Shown here one piece after another: positions 24,498 through 37,795 of a DNA stretch of 64,000 nucleotides. The notes below the pieces were generated by a model. The model did no database searches. It was given only the letters and a program-made list of their open reading frames with translations, and had not been told where the DNA came from. The DNA lies in the NCBI RefSeq assembly GCF_036321535.1, contig NC_087437.1, positions 76,758,001 through 76,822,000 of the forward strand, read 5' to 3'. A program made the position numbers and the translations under genes. Source of the DNA: Camelus dromedarius (Eukaryota). Position 1 is the stretch's first letter. Every line of letters starts with the position of its first letter.

Positions 24498-26449
24498 CAT
24501 TAATCTGTTTAGACTAAATGCCTTAAGATTTGTAGTATTCAAATGTCTATGCTACTTTGTCATCTCTTTTCAATCTCTCCCTTTGGTCAGCTACCCTAAA
24601 ACTTAGTCCTCAGGCTTACTGCTCTGCTAAGGAACCTTGTCTTTAAATACCTGTTCATAAGGCATTTAAAGTGTTTCTTAGTCATCGCAGTACAAAAAGG
24701 ACCAAAGGAAAACTTTGCCAATCATGCACGATTCTGACCTTGAATATCTGTCTGAGGTTCTCCTTCCTTTTCTTTTTCTCTTTCTCTTTTCAACACAACC
24801 CAAACTCTGAGCTATTACCAAACTGTTTTTCTTACTACCATGATTTTAAGCCCAAGTGCCACAAAGGAGGCTCTCATCTAAAAACAAAAGTCATTTTCCT
24901 GTTTCTCTCTTTAAACATTCTTCTTTTTTCAATTAAAAAGTAATGAGCGAAACAGTCAAGCATGCTATGAAGAAGTGATGGTTTGCAGCCAAATTACTTC
25001 TGTGCCAATTGGGAGAAAAAAAAGAAAGAAAAAGCAAGCCAGACAAAATCTTTCAATATTTCTGTGTTTTATTCCTATTTATTACAGGGAAGGCAGGTTT
25101 TGGTTGAAATTGTTTTTAAAACATTTAATGTGCAGCTGCATGTAAAAGCACAGGATAAAAGAGGAGCAGCTGCCAAATTAGGATGTTTTCACCCTCATCA
25201 CAATGAAAAGTGAGGGCTAATCTAAACATCTAAAAAACTTTCAGGAAGCAGTTTCACCTTGGTTCTAGGGTAATATTTTACATGTGAAAAATTATTCCAT
25301 CTATTCTTATTATGCAGTATTACCAGGAGAAAATAATTACCAGATAGAATTGGGACCATTTTAATTAAACGTTAATATAATATTGGAATTATTGTGAATA
25401 ATTAAGAAACAGAAATGAATTTATATTTTAGAATTTTTAAAAATACCTAAAAACAAACAAAAAATATTTTCAGATAGCTTTATCTTTGGTTTTATCTAAA
25501 TTTTAGTGCATTTTAGTTCTTCACAGAACAGAATTTTTATCTGTGTAGAAGTGACATACCTACATTAAAAGTCAATCAGAAAACAAAAAAAGAAAAAACT
25601 TGCCCTATTTGCCCACTCTAGCACCTCTCCTGTTGAATTTACTTGTTCTAATTCTGCTGAATTACTGTATTTTCATTGAATTCCTTTCCTTTTTTCTATG
25701 CACATTTCTAAAGATTTGAAATGAGAGCTTGCATACACTTTCACATATTTTTTAACATAATATGCTCATTTTTTTCCTGCTGTGCCACTTTTTTCATAGT
25801 CATCACTATAGGTGGGCTTATCACACTTGACTTGTTTTTTTAAACATGAAAACATTTTTCAAATTCTTTCTATTATATGTAGTATGTTTTGTCATCTATA
25901 TAACCTTGGGGTTCATTTTTCTTGTCTTTAAAAGGGAATGAAGCCTGTGTCATAGATTGTAGTGAGAATATTCTATATTAAATGTTTAGTATACTGCCTG
26001 AAACGTCTTTGACTAAAAGAAATTGTTAGTTCCTCTTATCTTTTGAGACAAATCCTTAGGTGACAGACACCATACCACAGATGAGTAGCTATATGTGGTA
26101 GAGAAAAAGAGAAAGCAGCTGATGGTGAATATTTGTAGCACTTGAAGCAGGGCATATACACTAAGGATGAATTTAGGACAGATATATTGTGAATATTAAA
26201 TTGTAATGTATATAAGAAGCGTAACTTTTTGGCATCAGGTATTTGCTATTACATGGGTTTGGGGAGGATAGTTTATTTTCTTTATGCCTCATCTTACCAT
26301 CTCTACAAACAGTAGTTTTTCTGTTACAGTCCCATGACAGAAGTTTAGATTTGGAGGTTGACTGGACTGTGACTTTTTACTCCCAGGTGGAATGTCCATA
26401 TTTTAAAAACTAATTGTCATTTAAAGTAAATGTCTAAGTTGACAAACAT

Positions 26450-26551
26450 CTATATATATGTAGGTATATGTATATAACTGAATCACTTTGCTGTACACCT
26501 GAAACCAACAGTATAAATCAACTACACTTCAATAAAAAATAAAATAAAAAA
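26450..26551 (+). mobile_element. Extreme 3' tip of an artiodactyl-type L1 with A-rich tail
   Basis: 'tataactgaatcactttgctgtacacctgaaacc...caactacacttcaataaaaaat' is the reverse-complement homologue of 58490-58560. Confidence 0.8.
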
Positions 26552-26614
26552 ATATATTTACAAGGATCTACTCCATAGGGGACTGCAGGAAAAAAAAAGA
26601 GAGAGAGACATATT

Positions 26615-26733
26615 AAGGAACCCTGGATTGGAATGATAAGCCCAGTATCTACAACTAACGCTGTCACTAACATGTCACTAACAGAGATTAAGACTCAGTT
26701 GAGATTCAGTTTCCTCATTTATAACATAAAATA
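26615..26733 (+). mobile_element. MIR fragment
   Basis: Core 'ttcagtttcctcatttataa'. Confidence 0.55.
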
Positions 26734-27198
26734 TATGATGGTTAATTTTATGTATCTACTTGACTGGCCATGAGATGCTTAGATCAAATATTATTTCTGG
26801 ATGTGTCTTGAGGGTGTTTCCGGATTAGCATTTGAACTGGTGGACTTTGTAAAGTAGATTATGCTCCCTAAATTTCATGGGCATCATCTAATGCATTGAG
26901 GGTCTGAACAGAACAAAAGGAAGAGAAAGACGGAGTTCTCCCTGTTTTCATTTCTCTGTTGAGCTTGGATATATCATCCCATCTTTTCTTACCCTCAGAC
27001 TAGGACTTATATCATTGTCTCCCTGGTTCTCTGCCTCTGGACTCAGACTGAATTATGCCACCAGCTTTCCCGGGTCTCCAGTTTGCAAGTGGTAGACTGT
27101 GAGAGTACTCAGCCTCCATAGTTGCATAGGCTGATTCCTTATGATACATCTGTTTTGAGAGACTGGTTTTGTTTCTCGGGAGAATGCTTACTAATGCA
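26734..27198 (+). mobile_element. MLT2B-like ERVL solo LTR
   Basis: 'gatggttaattttatgtatctacttgactgg...ccaccagctttcccgggtctccag...tttctcgggagaatgcttactaatgca'. Confidence 0.9.
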
Positions 27199-27842
27199 AG
27201 AAGTATTTTATTATTTCATCTTTGAGATTTCACAACCAGAAATATACACAGGAAACAAACATTTTAAACGTTTCATTTTAATTTAAATATGATGTAGCTG
27301 AGCAAATAGCAACACTTTTAAAAATAGTGTGGGGAATATCTGATGGCTATAACCTCTTTGATAAAGAAAGACTCATAAATTGAAATTTTAAAATTTAATT
27401 TTTTTCCAAAATTAATGAATGTAGAAAATGAAATAATTTCATTCTATCTCCTATTGACCTAGATCCATTTCTCTATCCAGTTGTGGCCCTATAACCTGCA
27501 GAGAACATATGTTTATTTTGGCATTAAAAAAAGGAAAGTATTATTGAGTCTAACTTTCATTGAAAATGAAGACCCTTGACACATCAGGTGTCATTATTAG
27601 AGTCACATCACTTGGGGTACTTCTAACCAAATGATTTGATCAGAGCTAAGAATATCACAGTTTCTGCCAGATTAATTAGTAATAATATACATATTTATTT
27701 AAAATTATCTACTACTAAATTAATATAACAATAATGATATGAGTTTGAATCTGACTTTTCTGGGAAAACTTACAATTACAATCCTGGAAACCCAGTTTTA
27801 ATGTTCTTAACGTTAAAGTGAAAGTAAGGATGGCTCCATTAT

Positions 27843-28139
27843 ATGAAATACAAGTATGTTTCACTGAAGCATCCTTTAACACTAATGGAAGAACTAAAAG
27901 CTGGAGAAGATGGAGCCAAAATCACTTGGCTAGAAGGCCTCAAGAAATAGGTTAACTTTCTCCTTTCAAAGCTACATGAGTGGAAAACTAAATGTACTGT
28001 TCTACAGCAACTGTCTGTGTTCCATAAAAGGAAACCCATAGAAATTGAAAACCCAGTTGCTGAAGTCAAGAGATACATGATTGAGATGTTGGTTGTGTTA
28101 AAGTGTGTGGTGGGAAAGAACAAGCAAATAAGAATGTAA
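27843..28139 (+). mobile_element. Decayed pogo/Tigger-like transposase N-terminal HTH coding remnant
   Basis: My translation is MKYKYVSLKHPLTLMEELKAGEDGAKITWLEGLKK*VNFLL...KRKPIEIENPVAEVKRYMIEML, with one internal stop at 27948-27950. It resembles the CENP-B/HTH_psq pattern. Confidence 0.5.
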
Positions 28140-29039
28140 GAAATGTCTTGCTATACTGGACTGTATGCTGTGAATTCCATAAGAAATGGAAGTTGACATA
28201 GTCCATTACCTAGAAATAAAATACATTTTTAGATCAAACAGCCATTTTTCACAGGGTCACAAAAGCTCAGCCAGCAAGAAAACCAAATAGGAATGGAACG
28301 AATGTGCTTACTCAGATCATTTTTGGCTGATTAGTCATTCATATCATTTTCAGTTCATAGACTAGTTAGTGGGTAAATAGGGACTAAATTATGAGACCTT
28401 AATAATATGTATTTGGATCAGTGAAAGAAATGATACAACCAGGAAGAATGTGTGCATCAATTCTGTTACCCTGGCCTACATCATAAAGTATAAATAGAAT
28501 GTGAACAGTGCTAATAATTGTACAGAAAACTCTTATAGCTGGCTTGGCAGCAAACACTTTTTCTACAGTGTTAAACATACATATGGCAATATTATGCAAG
28601 TGTCTGTGAGCCTAGAATGTGATTAAAATCATGTCCTGAACACTCCAAGTCAAAATTCAAAACCACCATATGTTTTCATTTATTGTAGGATAATCTTTAC
28701 ACTTATTTTCATATACAATTGTTTTTCCATTAATTGTGATAAATAATCTTTACCACATTTCTGAAAAATGGGAAGGAGACATACCAAGTGGAAATAAAAA
28801 CAAGAGAATAAGAAAATTGTCCCAGCTATTATTTGCCCTAGAAAAGATTTGTCTTCCAAGAATTCTCAGTATTGAAAATAATAGTATGAATTATAGTTTT
28901 GAAATTATAATAGGGAGTGAGTGTCATCACTGCCCAATGCCCATGTAACTGAACTGTGGTTTTAACAGTTCAAATGGAATATCCATATGCTAAATGATCC
29001 AAGGCTTTGCAAGCATCTCTGGATGAGAGGCCTTTACTT

Positions 29040-29180
29040 CACGTCTATTGGATAGGTGCTTTAGTGAGGGAGACACAATTCTCACCTACATGGCGACCCA
29101 TGGTGTACAAGCATTGGCTCAGCTTCCTCCCTTCCCTGGGGTTGAATCTACCCAATCGCTGCGTCTCTATTTATATTCTC
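29040..29180 (+). promoter_or_regulatory. Promoter-like CCAAT x3 plus TATA-like cluster
   Basis: ATTGG at 29047 and 29113, CCAAT at 29152, TATTTATA at 29168. Motif evidence only. Confidence 0.25.
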
Positions 29181-29466
29181 TCCAGGGGCCTGTAGCTGCT
29201 CCCTCGTCCTGAAGCTCACTTTTATATTTCCTCCCTGTTCCCAGCCCTGTTGATCTTAACTCATTCTCCAGAGATAACCAGAGCCCACTGGCTATTCTTG
29301 GAGAATTCAGTCTCTGGTTATTATCGTGAGATGAAGGACATGCTCGCTGAATATATTAAATTGTGCTAGGCCCATTGTTTCCAAACTTTTGAGGATAAAA
29401 ACCTCGTTTTGAACACCAAAGTAATTTCAAGAAACTGCAACATGAAAGTAGTCATACTGGTGGTAT

Positions 29467-30035
29467 TGTTACCAAACCAGGGTCTTTTGCCTGATGCACA
29501 GCAAGCCAAACCTGAGACACCCAGGTTAACAGCAGAGAAAGGATTTATTCATGAGGCAGCCAAGTGAGAGATCAGAGAACAAATCTCAAATTTTGCCTCC
29601 CTGAAGATAGGGTTTAAGCATATTTATGGGATGAAGAGGCAGGGTGGTCTGAGGCTTGGGGAAGGGTGATTGGAAGTAAAAAAAGTCAAGCATAGTCAAG
29701 CTTCATGGCTATTCCCAGGACGCATGTTCAGAAAATGGCGGCCTTAGCATCTCCTGAGGCTGGAGTTTTTGGCTTTCTGTAGTCAAAACGTCATTCATGG
29801 GACACTCATGCAGGCTTGGTTAATTAGTGGTCTCAGTCTGAACTGGGCAAGAACTAGCTCCAAGCTCCTGAAAAACAACTTAAGTAACCAATACTACAGT
29901 GACTCAAAAGTCACAGGTGTTATCTATAAGGAAGTTAGCGGGAATTTAGTTTAATATCAACAAAAAGCATGAGACTAAAAGCAAGTGAGACAGGTTAGTT
30001 TTGGCGAGCCTAATCAGGGTAGCATTCGGGTTCCA
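29467..30035 (-). mobile_element. ERV1-like solo LTR
   Basis: Starts TGTTACC, minus-strand AATAAA at 29544-29549. Right end is approximate and there is no clean TSD. Confidence 0.75.
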
Positions 30036-30134
30036 TATCTATTGTCATCCAAGAATCAGCATCTACTTTTTTACTGTTTATACTTCAGTAATCATAGCAA
30101 CATCTGCATTCCTTGGGAATGTATTGTTACCGTA

Positions 30135-30392
30135 GGAAAGGCAGTCTAACATTATGAATGCAAGCTGTGGAATTGTTCTGCCTGAGTGTAAACATGAATA
30201 TGGCTCTGCCACTTATTGGTTGTGCGGCCTTGGGCAAGGTGTCCAATGCTTCCATGCCTCAGTTTCCTTAGCTGCAAAATGAGCACAAGAATAGTACCTA
30301 TCTTGTAAGGCTGCTGTAAGCATTAAATGAATTAACACATGTAAAGTGCTTAGAACAGAGTAAGTACTCAATAAATTTTAGATACTGTTATT
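30135..30392 (+). mobile_element. MIR, near full length
   Basis: 'ctctgccactta...ccttgggcaag...gcctcagtttccttagctgcaaaatg...gtaaagtgcttagaacag'. Confidence 0.9.
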
Positions 30393-31879
30393 TAATGTGA
30401 AGCGTATTGGTTATTGAGCCTACAAAGCTTGTTCACAGGACAGCTTCTCTAAGATATTCAAGGATAACAGTTTTTGAGATTCTGTAAAATAATGTAATTG
30501 ATTTAATAGCACATGGCCCCCATCTCTACTAAGATATGTTTGGTCTTTAAATTTAAGGTGGGAGAATTAATAAGTTGTCCATTGTCAGTAGTAAGAGACA
30601 GAGTATTTTCAGCCTAGCTGATTAGGAGGCAAGGTATAATTTAGAGGATCATGAAAGATGAACATTAACCTGTGGATCTACATGTAGAGATTGCCACTGC
30701 CTTTAGTCAGGTTCATCACGTCTCCCTGGACTCCACTTCCAGCCATTAACAAATTACCTCATTGTCTCTTCCGGGGCTGACAGGCAGTTTTAGTGATAAA
30801 TAAAGTTGAAGACTTTCAAAGTAAAATATGAATTACTTTGCATATATTTACACACATAAACAAAACAACATTTGGCAATTTAGGATTTGTCAGGATAAAA
30901 GACATTTAATAAATTTATCACCACCTAGTTGTTCCAGAGGCAAATACTAATTTTGATGCAATGAATCTAAACATTCAAAGAATGAATTAATGAATTTCTA
31001 AATAACTTACTGTGGCTTGCTGCTACCTTTGCAGATCTTATATCTGCTCATGTTGAAATCTCTTTCTCTCATTTAATTTTTCTCACCTCTCCTAAATTTT
31101 TGGGATCAAAACAAATAAATAGTTAAAAACCGATGGGAAAAGGAATTTCTCACTCTTCCAAATGCAAGTACACATTGAAAGAAGAACAATTGCTTTAATG
31201 GTGGCATAGTTTTATTATTTACCTGATGCCTAATACATAATAATTAATCACTTTCATGAGCCAGAGATTGAGAAGAAGTTTTCCTCCACTGTGTAGAGCA
31301 CTATATACTTCAGAGTATTCAATGGAAATGATGGGTACGGACATTCCGGAATAAGAGAGTTAGTTATTGGGAGGGGGTAGTAGTATAGCACAGTTTTCTT
31401 AACAGATTGAATTTGGCAATGCTCCTATGCACCGGCTGCCAGCAAGTGAATAAATGTTACCAGCTATAAATAGAGAGTGTTAGAAAAGGCTAAGTTATCA
31501 AAACAGGGGACAGTTTAGTTTGTTCTGGGAGACCAAGCATCGGACTGACATTGAAGTAGTGATAACCTCGAGCAATTTGGGTATTTATTAGCCAGCTTTT
31601 TACCTTGGGGGCTTACCCTCTATAGTTTGCTGTCCCTAAATTGGTTTGAAAATGCAAAGTCAAACAGTAGGCCATTATCTCCTAATTAGAGGAAGAAGAA
31701 ACCCAGGTCTGAATTGGCTATTTGAGGCCTTTCAAGGGCACAGGAGGACAGTATACCAAGAGGTCCTCCCCTGCAGTGACGGTGGAAATATACAGGAGGG
31801 TAGGAAATGCCCCGAGCTAACAGACACTTTCCTGGCTTGGGGAGAATTTCAAGTAGTTTGGAGGCTTTTCATTTCAAAA

Positions 31880-32075
31880 GCATTGGTAGGGGGAAAACAG
31901 CATTTTCTCCAGCTGGGGTCCTGTAAATTGGATTGACAAAAGATAGCTTAAGAAGAGAAAAACAAGTTTGTTAGCATGTGCATTGTGCTTACACATAGGA
32001 GTGCCCCAAGATGACTAACCCACAGAGGTGGTTAGAACTTGGTCATATAGAGCATCTTACTAAAGGAAAGGAATT
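31880..32075 (-). mobile_element. ERV1 LTR fragment (MER34/MER4-group-like)
   Basis: 'attgacaaaagatagcttaagaagagaaaaacaagtttgttagcatgtgca...agaggtggttagaactt'. Confidence 0.5.
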
Positions 32076-33179
32076 TACTGGATTTTTCCACTTCCTAGTT
32101 ATTCAGCTTCAAATTAGTAACTTTTTTTCCTATTTACCCACATAATTGGCCAGAAAAAGTAGAAGAACTGAATATATAACAATATAGAGTTTAGGAAAAA
32201 CTCCATGTTAAAATGATTGTGTAAGCATAGAGTGAAATTGGAGAAATCTTTTATTTTGTAAATATTTTTCCTAAAAAGTCTTAGCAGCTAGTTCTGTTTT
32301 TTGTTAGTTCTCTTACTGATAATGTTAAGGGTTTGTCCCCAGTTTCTTATAAAGAATGGGCTGCAGAGTGTTTTATCAATAGCCCCTGTATTAGTTTTCT
32401 ATGATAATATGCATTAACTTGATGGACGAGGGGCCATTACAGTCTATCACTGCAGTGATCCATGCAGTGAAGACTCCCTAAGTGCATGTTGACACAATAT
32501 TGCAGCAGTGATCCATGAATTAAATATGCTTTGGATTCGAGTCATTACAAGTTTAATGGGAGAAATGCACCAATTCCACTGAAAAATGCCAGTTTTGACT
32601 CTGTGATCAATTCTTCCATAAACACATTTGCAGTGTTTCTCAGTAATGAATATTCTTCCTTAACCATCCATGCTTATTGTTTAGTGGCTTTGTCAACATT
32701 TAAAGTCCCATTTTGTATTTACTGTATTCGAAACTCCTTGAGTGTCACGGAAGAGATCTATGGAGTAATTTGCACAATAGTATCCACATAAATGTAATTC
32801 TTTTGTGAATAATGGAAAGCACTTTTTTATCCTTTTTAAGAACTAAGCATAATAAAAGTACTCAATACTTAAAATGAAAGAAAATTAAAATTTTATTTAG
32901 GTCATTATTCAGTCCATCCTCTATTATAAAGCGTTATGAAGTTGTTGTCATGGCAGAGTGAGCACAAGAAATGTGACAATGTTCCCTGGTACTTAGCATT
33001 TATTCCTCTTATTCCATCATTTTTCTCTTACATATATTAAATTTTTCATAGTACATATTATGCAAGATAATAGGAATAGTTTCTCAAATATTTATAATAG
33101 AGTTGCTTTATGTATTAGACTTAACAAACATTCTTTACTCTGCTGAAAAGACAAACTGGGCATTACTTCTGAAGAAAAA

Positions 33180-33460
33180 GGGTGTCAGTTATGGAAACAG
33201 AAATTGAAGAAAAAAGAAAGGAATGAAGGATGAAGAAGGTTTGAAGGAATAGTCCTTGAAATAATTGTCAGATATTTATCTGAAATGGGAGGCGAGTTAA
33301 AAAGAGCCGGTAGAAGAAGAGAACAGTGAGGAGGAATTTAGACAAGATGAAAATATCCTCAATGGCCTCACTTTAATCAGTGAACCAAGGAATGAGTTAT
33401 TTTGCCTTGAGGGTATGTGTAGAAGCAGGGGCCTGAAGAAAATGAAGAAGAATTTAGACT
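33180..33460 (-). mobile_element. L2 ORF2 fragment
   Basis: Purine-rich, with 'aatggcctcactttaatcagtgaaccaaggaatgagttattttgccttgag' resembling reverse L2. Confidence 0.45.
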
Positions 33461-34598
33461 TCTTGCTGGGAGGCTCTTCTCAGTCTTCTCCCACCAGAAC
33501 GTCCATTCTCCAGTCCTTCCCCTGGCCAACTGTCACCCCGTACTTTCTTCTCTGCTCTCCTTATAGGCTGGGACTTTTCCAGTCCTCAAGTTCTTGAAAG
33601 CAAAACAAAACAAAAACCAAAAGCTTTCTGCTACCTTTATTTTTAAACTAATTCTCATTCTATTTCTCCGTTTGCTTTCTTTTGTATCTTTTCTGACTGT
33701 CATTTTTTTCTATTTTTTTTTCTGTCCTTCCCTTGACTTTTCTTCTCTTCACTGTTTCAAAATCACAATATGTGGGACATTTCTGTGGGTATTTGTTCAG
33801 GTATGGGATGTGCCAGGGATCCAGCTGCCCCTCTAACTACCTGTGAATGCCAGGGCTGATTCTTCTGTTACAGCTGGTCTGCTTTCCTCCCTCAATGCTA
33901 AGTTGTACAGAGTTGTAGAACAGAACGAGAACTGGGATGCGTGTGTGTGTGTGAGGCAGTGGGACCAGGAGCAGACGTGGAGAGTGAAGGCATTGATACT
34001 GCTCAGACCATGGACCCGAGATGGGTATGCAGTTGTCAGTAGTTCTCACAAGGGTGAGAGACAAGGAGGCTGAAGCCTGGAAGAAGAAAGGGAAAGAAAG
34101 CAGGGTGGCACAGCTAGTAAGAAGACGTGAAATAAATACTTAAAGGTTTGAATCACTGAAAAAGCATTTCCTAACTGCTCACAATTTTCCAGGGACTGTG
34201 CAGTGTGCTTTCACATACATTGTCTCATTCATTTCTCACGACAACCTTGTAAGGTATATGCTGAGTGTCTTGGGTATGAAACTGTTAATTTAGGTAGCTT
34301 TAGCAGCTGCAGCTCCAAATCTCAGTGGCTTCCTGAGACTAAATGTGAGCAGTGGTGATTGAGCATGGTCCCAAAAATCTCGGCAGTGATAGGAGGAGGA
34401 GAAAATTACTAGGGAGGAGGACAGGACAGATGCAGAGAAAGGTGGGATAATACCATGTGTGCAAAATACTTCACTGTTGTTGAAATAAGTGCTATAAATA
34501 TATTAAAATATTATCTTCAAAAAGACTAACCTGTCTCCTTCTATGGATCTAAATATACAGTAAAATTTTGCGGTTTTGTCTACTTACACATTGGCTAC

Positions 34599-35111
34599 TA
34601 ACCACGGTGGCCTCAGCTTGACTACACTTCAGAAAAGTTTCTTCCTCACTCTAGGCCCCTGACCTTCTTTTACTTAGAAGATTTATTTTAGAAAATTTGT
34701 AATTGTAAATTCTCTCTCTGTCCCTTTGAGACATAAATCTTGTACTAGCCTCTTGCCAGTTTTACAGCCCAGGAATGTCTTTCTGGAGGACCTGAGAGCC
34801 ATCCCTTTGAAATGTCATCTTCAAGAAAGATAGCACCCATTTCTCCTAGTCTCCGTGGGAGGGGAGGAGCCTGATTTCATAAAGTGCTGATTAGCAAATA
34901 CAGATTGTCTAATCAAATTGACCACAGCCCCCTAACATCCTCCACGATTTTCTGCTAGCTCGCTCCAGTACTTAAACGTTACTGCCTTCTGTTCCAGAGG
35001 AACTGAGTTTCTTCTCTCTCCCTGATTTCAGTCCTCCTGAACCCTATAGCAATAGTCTCTAATAGTCTTTCTTTCCTATTTAACTCCATCCGGTGCAATT
35101 TTTCTTTGACA
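34599..35111 (+). mobile_element. MER67-like ERV1 solo LTR
   Basis: 'ctaggcccctgacc...tagaaaatttgtaattgtaaattc...gccatccctttgaaatgt' and the end 'tttttctttgaca'. Flanks CTAC/TTAC are a near-TSD. Confidence 0.8.
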
Positions 35112-35415
35112 TTACTAACCCTAGGTGAGTGTTCATTTTCAGGACTAAATATACAGTATTCTTCGTCTATCAAAACATAAACTTCAATAAAATAAATCAT
35201 CAATAGATCTGTAATAATTCGGATATAGTCCTCTCTAGAGATAAAGGATGGTTCAGATGATCTTTGAGGTCAGGAAGTCTTTTGATCTTTGAAATTTAAC
35301 CTCACATGTGGTGAAAAGGAAGTGTTCATTTATTGGGCAAAATGCACAATTTCAGACAGGTGTAGTACAGAAAAAATGTGATGAAGGAAAACACTGTCGG
35401 GTGAAATTTAATACT

Positions 35416-35437
35416 ACACACACACACACACACACAC
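35416..35437. repeat. (AC)n microsatellite
   Basis: Read directly from the sequence. Confidence 0.95.
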
Positions 35438-36324
35438 CCTGATTTGTTTTCCTAAAGGGACTTTATATAAGTTATAGGAATATAAGACAATAGACAAATA
35501 CAAATAAAGAAAGAAATTGGGAATCAAAGAAAAATAAGAATGAGAAAATACCATGAATCTGGTGGTATATGGAAGCCATGCCATAAAGCCTACCCCATTA
35601 CTAAAAGGGCATCCCAATTTGGCTTGAGTTTTCAAGTAACTAACTCAAAAAGAAAGAAATGATCAGTTAAATAATCCCCAGTATCTGTGAAAAAGAAAAG
35701 CAAACAAGTAAGACAGTTTGCTTTGAGAAACAGAGGATATTTGAATCTGAAAGAAATTTACACATCCACAATATGTAATCTAGTAGGAAATACTATTAAC
35801 TGAACCATGAACTAAATGCAGAAATATATTTTGGAAGATTAATATCTTATGTCTTTTGACACAAAGTTGATAAAAAATTCAAAGTTAATTTATATAAAAA
35901 GTTATCACATAAGGGACAAGATACCTAATACTTGGTTCTCTGAGAGTCACGTCCAGGAAAAATACAAATTCTTAAAAATACAAGATTTCGCAAGCTGAGT
36001 TTTCATGACAAATGGGCTGTAAAGAGAGTGAGATTATATTGTTGGGCAAATTTATGTGACTGCTAGATTTAAGACAATAATATACTGGTCAAGATGAAAA
36101 GAAACTCTTATTTTGACCTTAAATTACTATTGAAACAGAAAAAATACATTTGCTCTGATTTAATGATAATACGTTAATTGTTTAACTTGGACAATAAATA
36201 AAGCACAAAATAAAAATTATCCACAATTCCATTTCATCTGGAAGAGATGGAAATACAGAGATAAAAATAGTAGTAATATTTTGGGTATATGATTCCCATA
36301 GAAAATTCTCATACTGTTTTGAGA

Positions 36325-36430
36325 GACAGGGTAGCACAGAGCTTAGGGGCTAGATTGCCAGAGTTCAAATGCGGAATCTGTCCTTTACACCCTGTAGGAC
36401 TTGGGTAAATTATCTCAACTCTCAAATCTG
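36325..36430 (+). mobile_element. MIR 5' fragment
   Basis: 'ctagattgccagagttcaaatgc...ggacttgggtaaattatctcaactctc'. Confidence 0.65.
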
Positions 36431-36509
36431 TCTTAGTATGTTTGCTTTTAGTTTAGCTTAGTTTCTTCTCTCATAATGTCTCATCCTCACTTTATGAATT
36501 TAATCCTTT

Positions 36510-37300
36510 CTTTTTATGTCTCTGGTTATTTTAACATGCTTGTTTAAATATCTCTTTAATTTTATTCCATTATTGCATTTCTTAAAATTTGGGTTCTCCA
36601 GGTGGTTGTTTCTGTGACTTCTCAAAGTAATTTGTTTCCTTGTGCAGTTACGACTTTTCCCATGAATACAGGCTTAGAATGCCTTCCTCAGTGGTTGTTC
36701 AACCTGCTTTTGGTTGGAGGAGAAGTTTTATTTTCCTCTGCTGGGAAACATGCATTTTACCTACTTTATGTCATGGGGTTTCCATCTTAGTCTAAGTTCA
36801 AATGCAATATCCATAGTTGGTGTAGTGTTGGGGCTTGGTTTTTTGTGCAAGATTCTTCCTTCTGACCATGGCTCCTGGTGAACAGCTTAGCTTCTTTGAG
36901 ATTTTTTTATAGCCAGTGGATGGAGTTGCCTCATCTCTGTCTCATGGACTGACAGCCCATTGTGGTCCTGGGTTTATGCAGAGAGCTTAATGCCATCTCT
37001 CCACTGTGTACGGGCCTGAGGTTTCATCTCCAGACTTAATGAAGGTATTAATATCCAGTCCTGCAAGGGTATCTTAGCTTCAATAACCCCATGCTCCTTT
37101 CAGCTTCAATTTGATTCACCTCTGTAACCTTGAGTTATCTTTTTGTTCTTTGCTTATGGAGATTTTCCTTTCTTTTATACCGTTATACTTTGTCCAGCAT
37201 TTCATTTGCTTGGTGGAGTTGACAGGGGTGGAGGTGAAGTGGGAATGTGGAGTGGACTTCACACTATAACTGAATTCACTATTTTGACTGAAAACCAGTT
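36510..37300 (-). mobile_element. Degenerate L1ME/HAL1-like 5'/ORF1 region
   Basis: T-rich with old-L1-like motifs. Highly diverged. Confidence 0.4.
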
Positions 37301-37552
37301 TAACCAATCTAAAATACCATTTCCTCATCATAGCTGTATCAGAAAGAATTTTCTTTTTGATAATTCAGTGAAATAATACATGGAAAATTTTGGTGCCTGG
37401 TACATGGAAAATGCCTAATAAATATTAGCTAGTATTATCACTAGCTAACCTACATTTAAAATTTTATATATAATGTGTTAAATATAATGTATAATTATAT
37501 TCTAGTAGATTATTATTGTATGCCTATATATAGATAAAGTATGTACAAACAT

Positions 37553-37795
37553 ATATTTAAACACTTACTGGGACTTACTATGTGCCAGGAAATTTTCTAA
37601 GCAATGTATACATATTAACTTATTTATTCCTTACAATAGCCCTATGATGTACAACTATTATCACTATTTTACGGGTGAGGAAAGATACAGTGATCTTAGG
37701 TAAATTACCCAAAGCTGCACAACTAGTCAATGGAGAAGCTGTATTTCAACACATGTGATCTAACTCCAGAGTCAGTCTACTGCCTATGCTATGCT
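37553..37795 (-). mobile_element. MIR, near full length
   Basis: 'acttactatgtgccagg...ccttacaatagccctatg...attttacgggtgaggaaa...taactccagagtc'. Confidence 0.85.
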
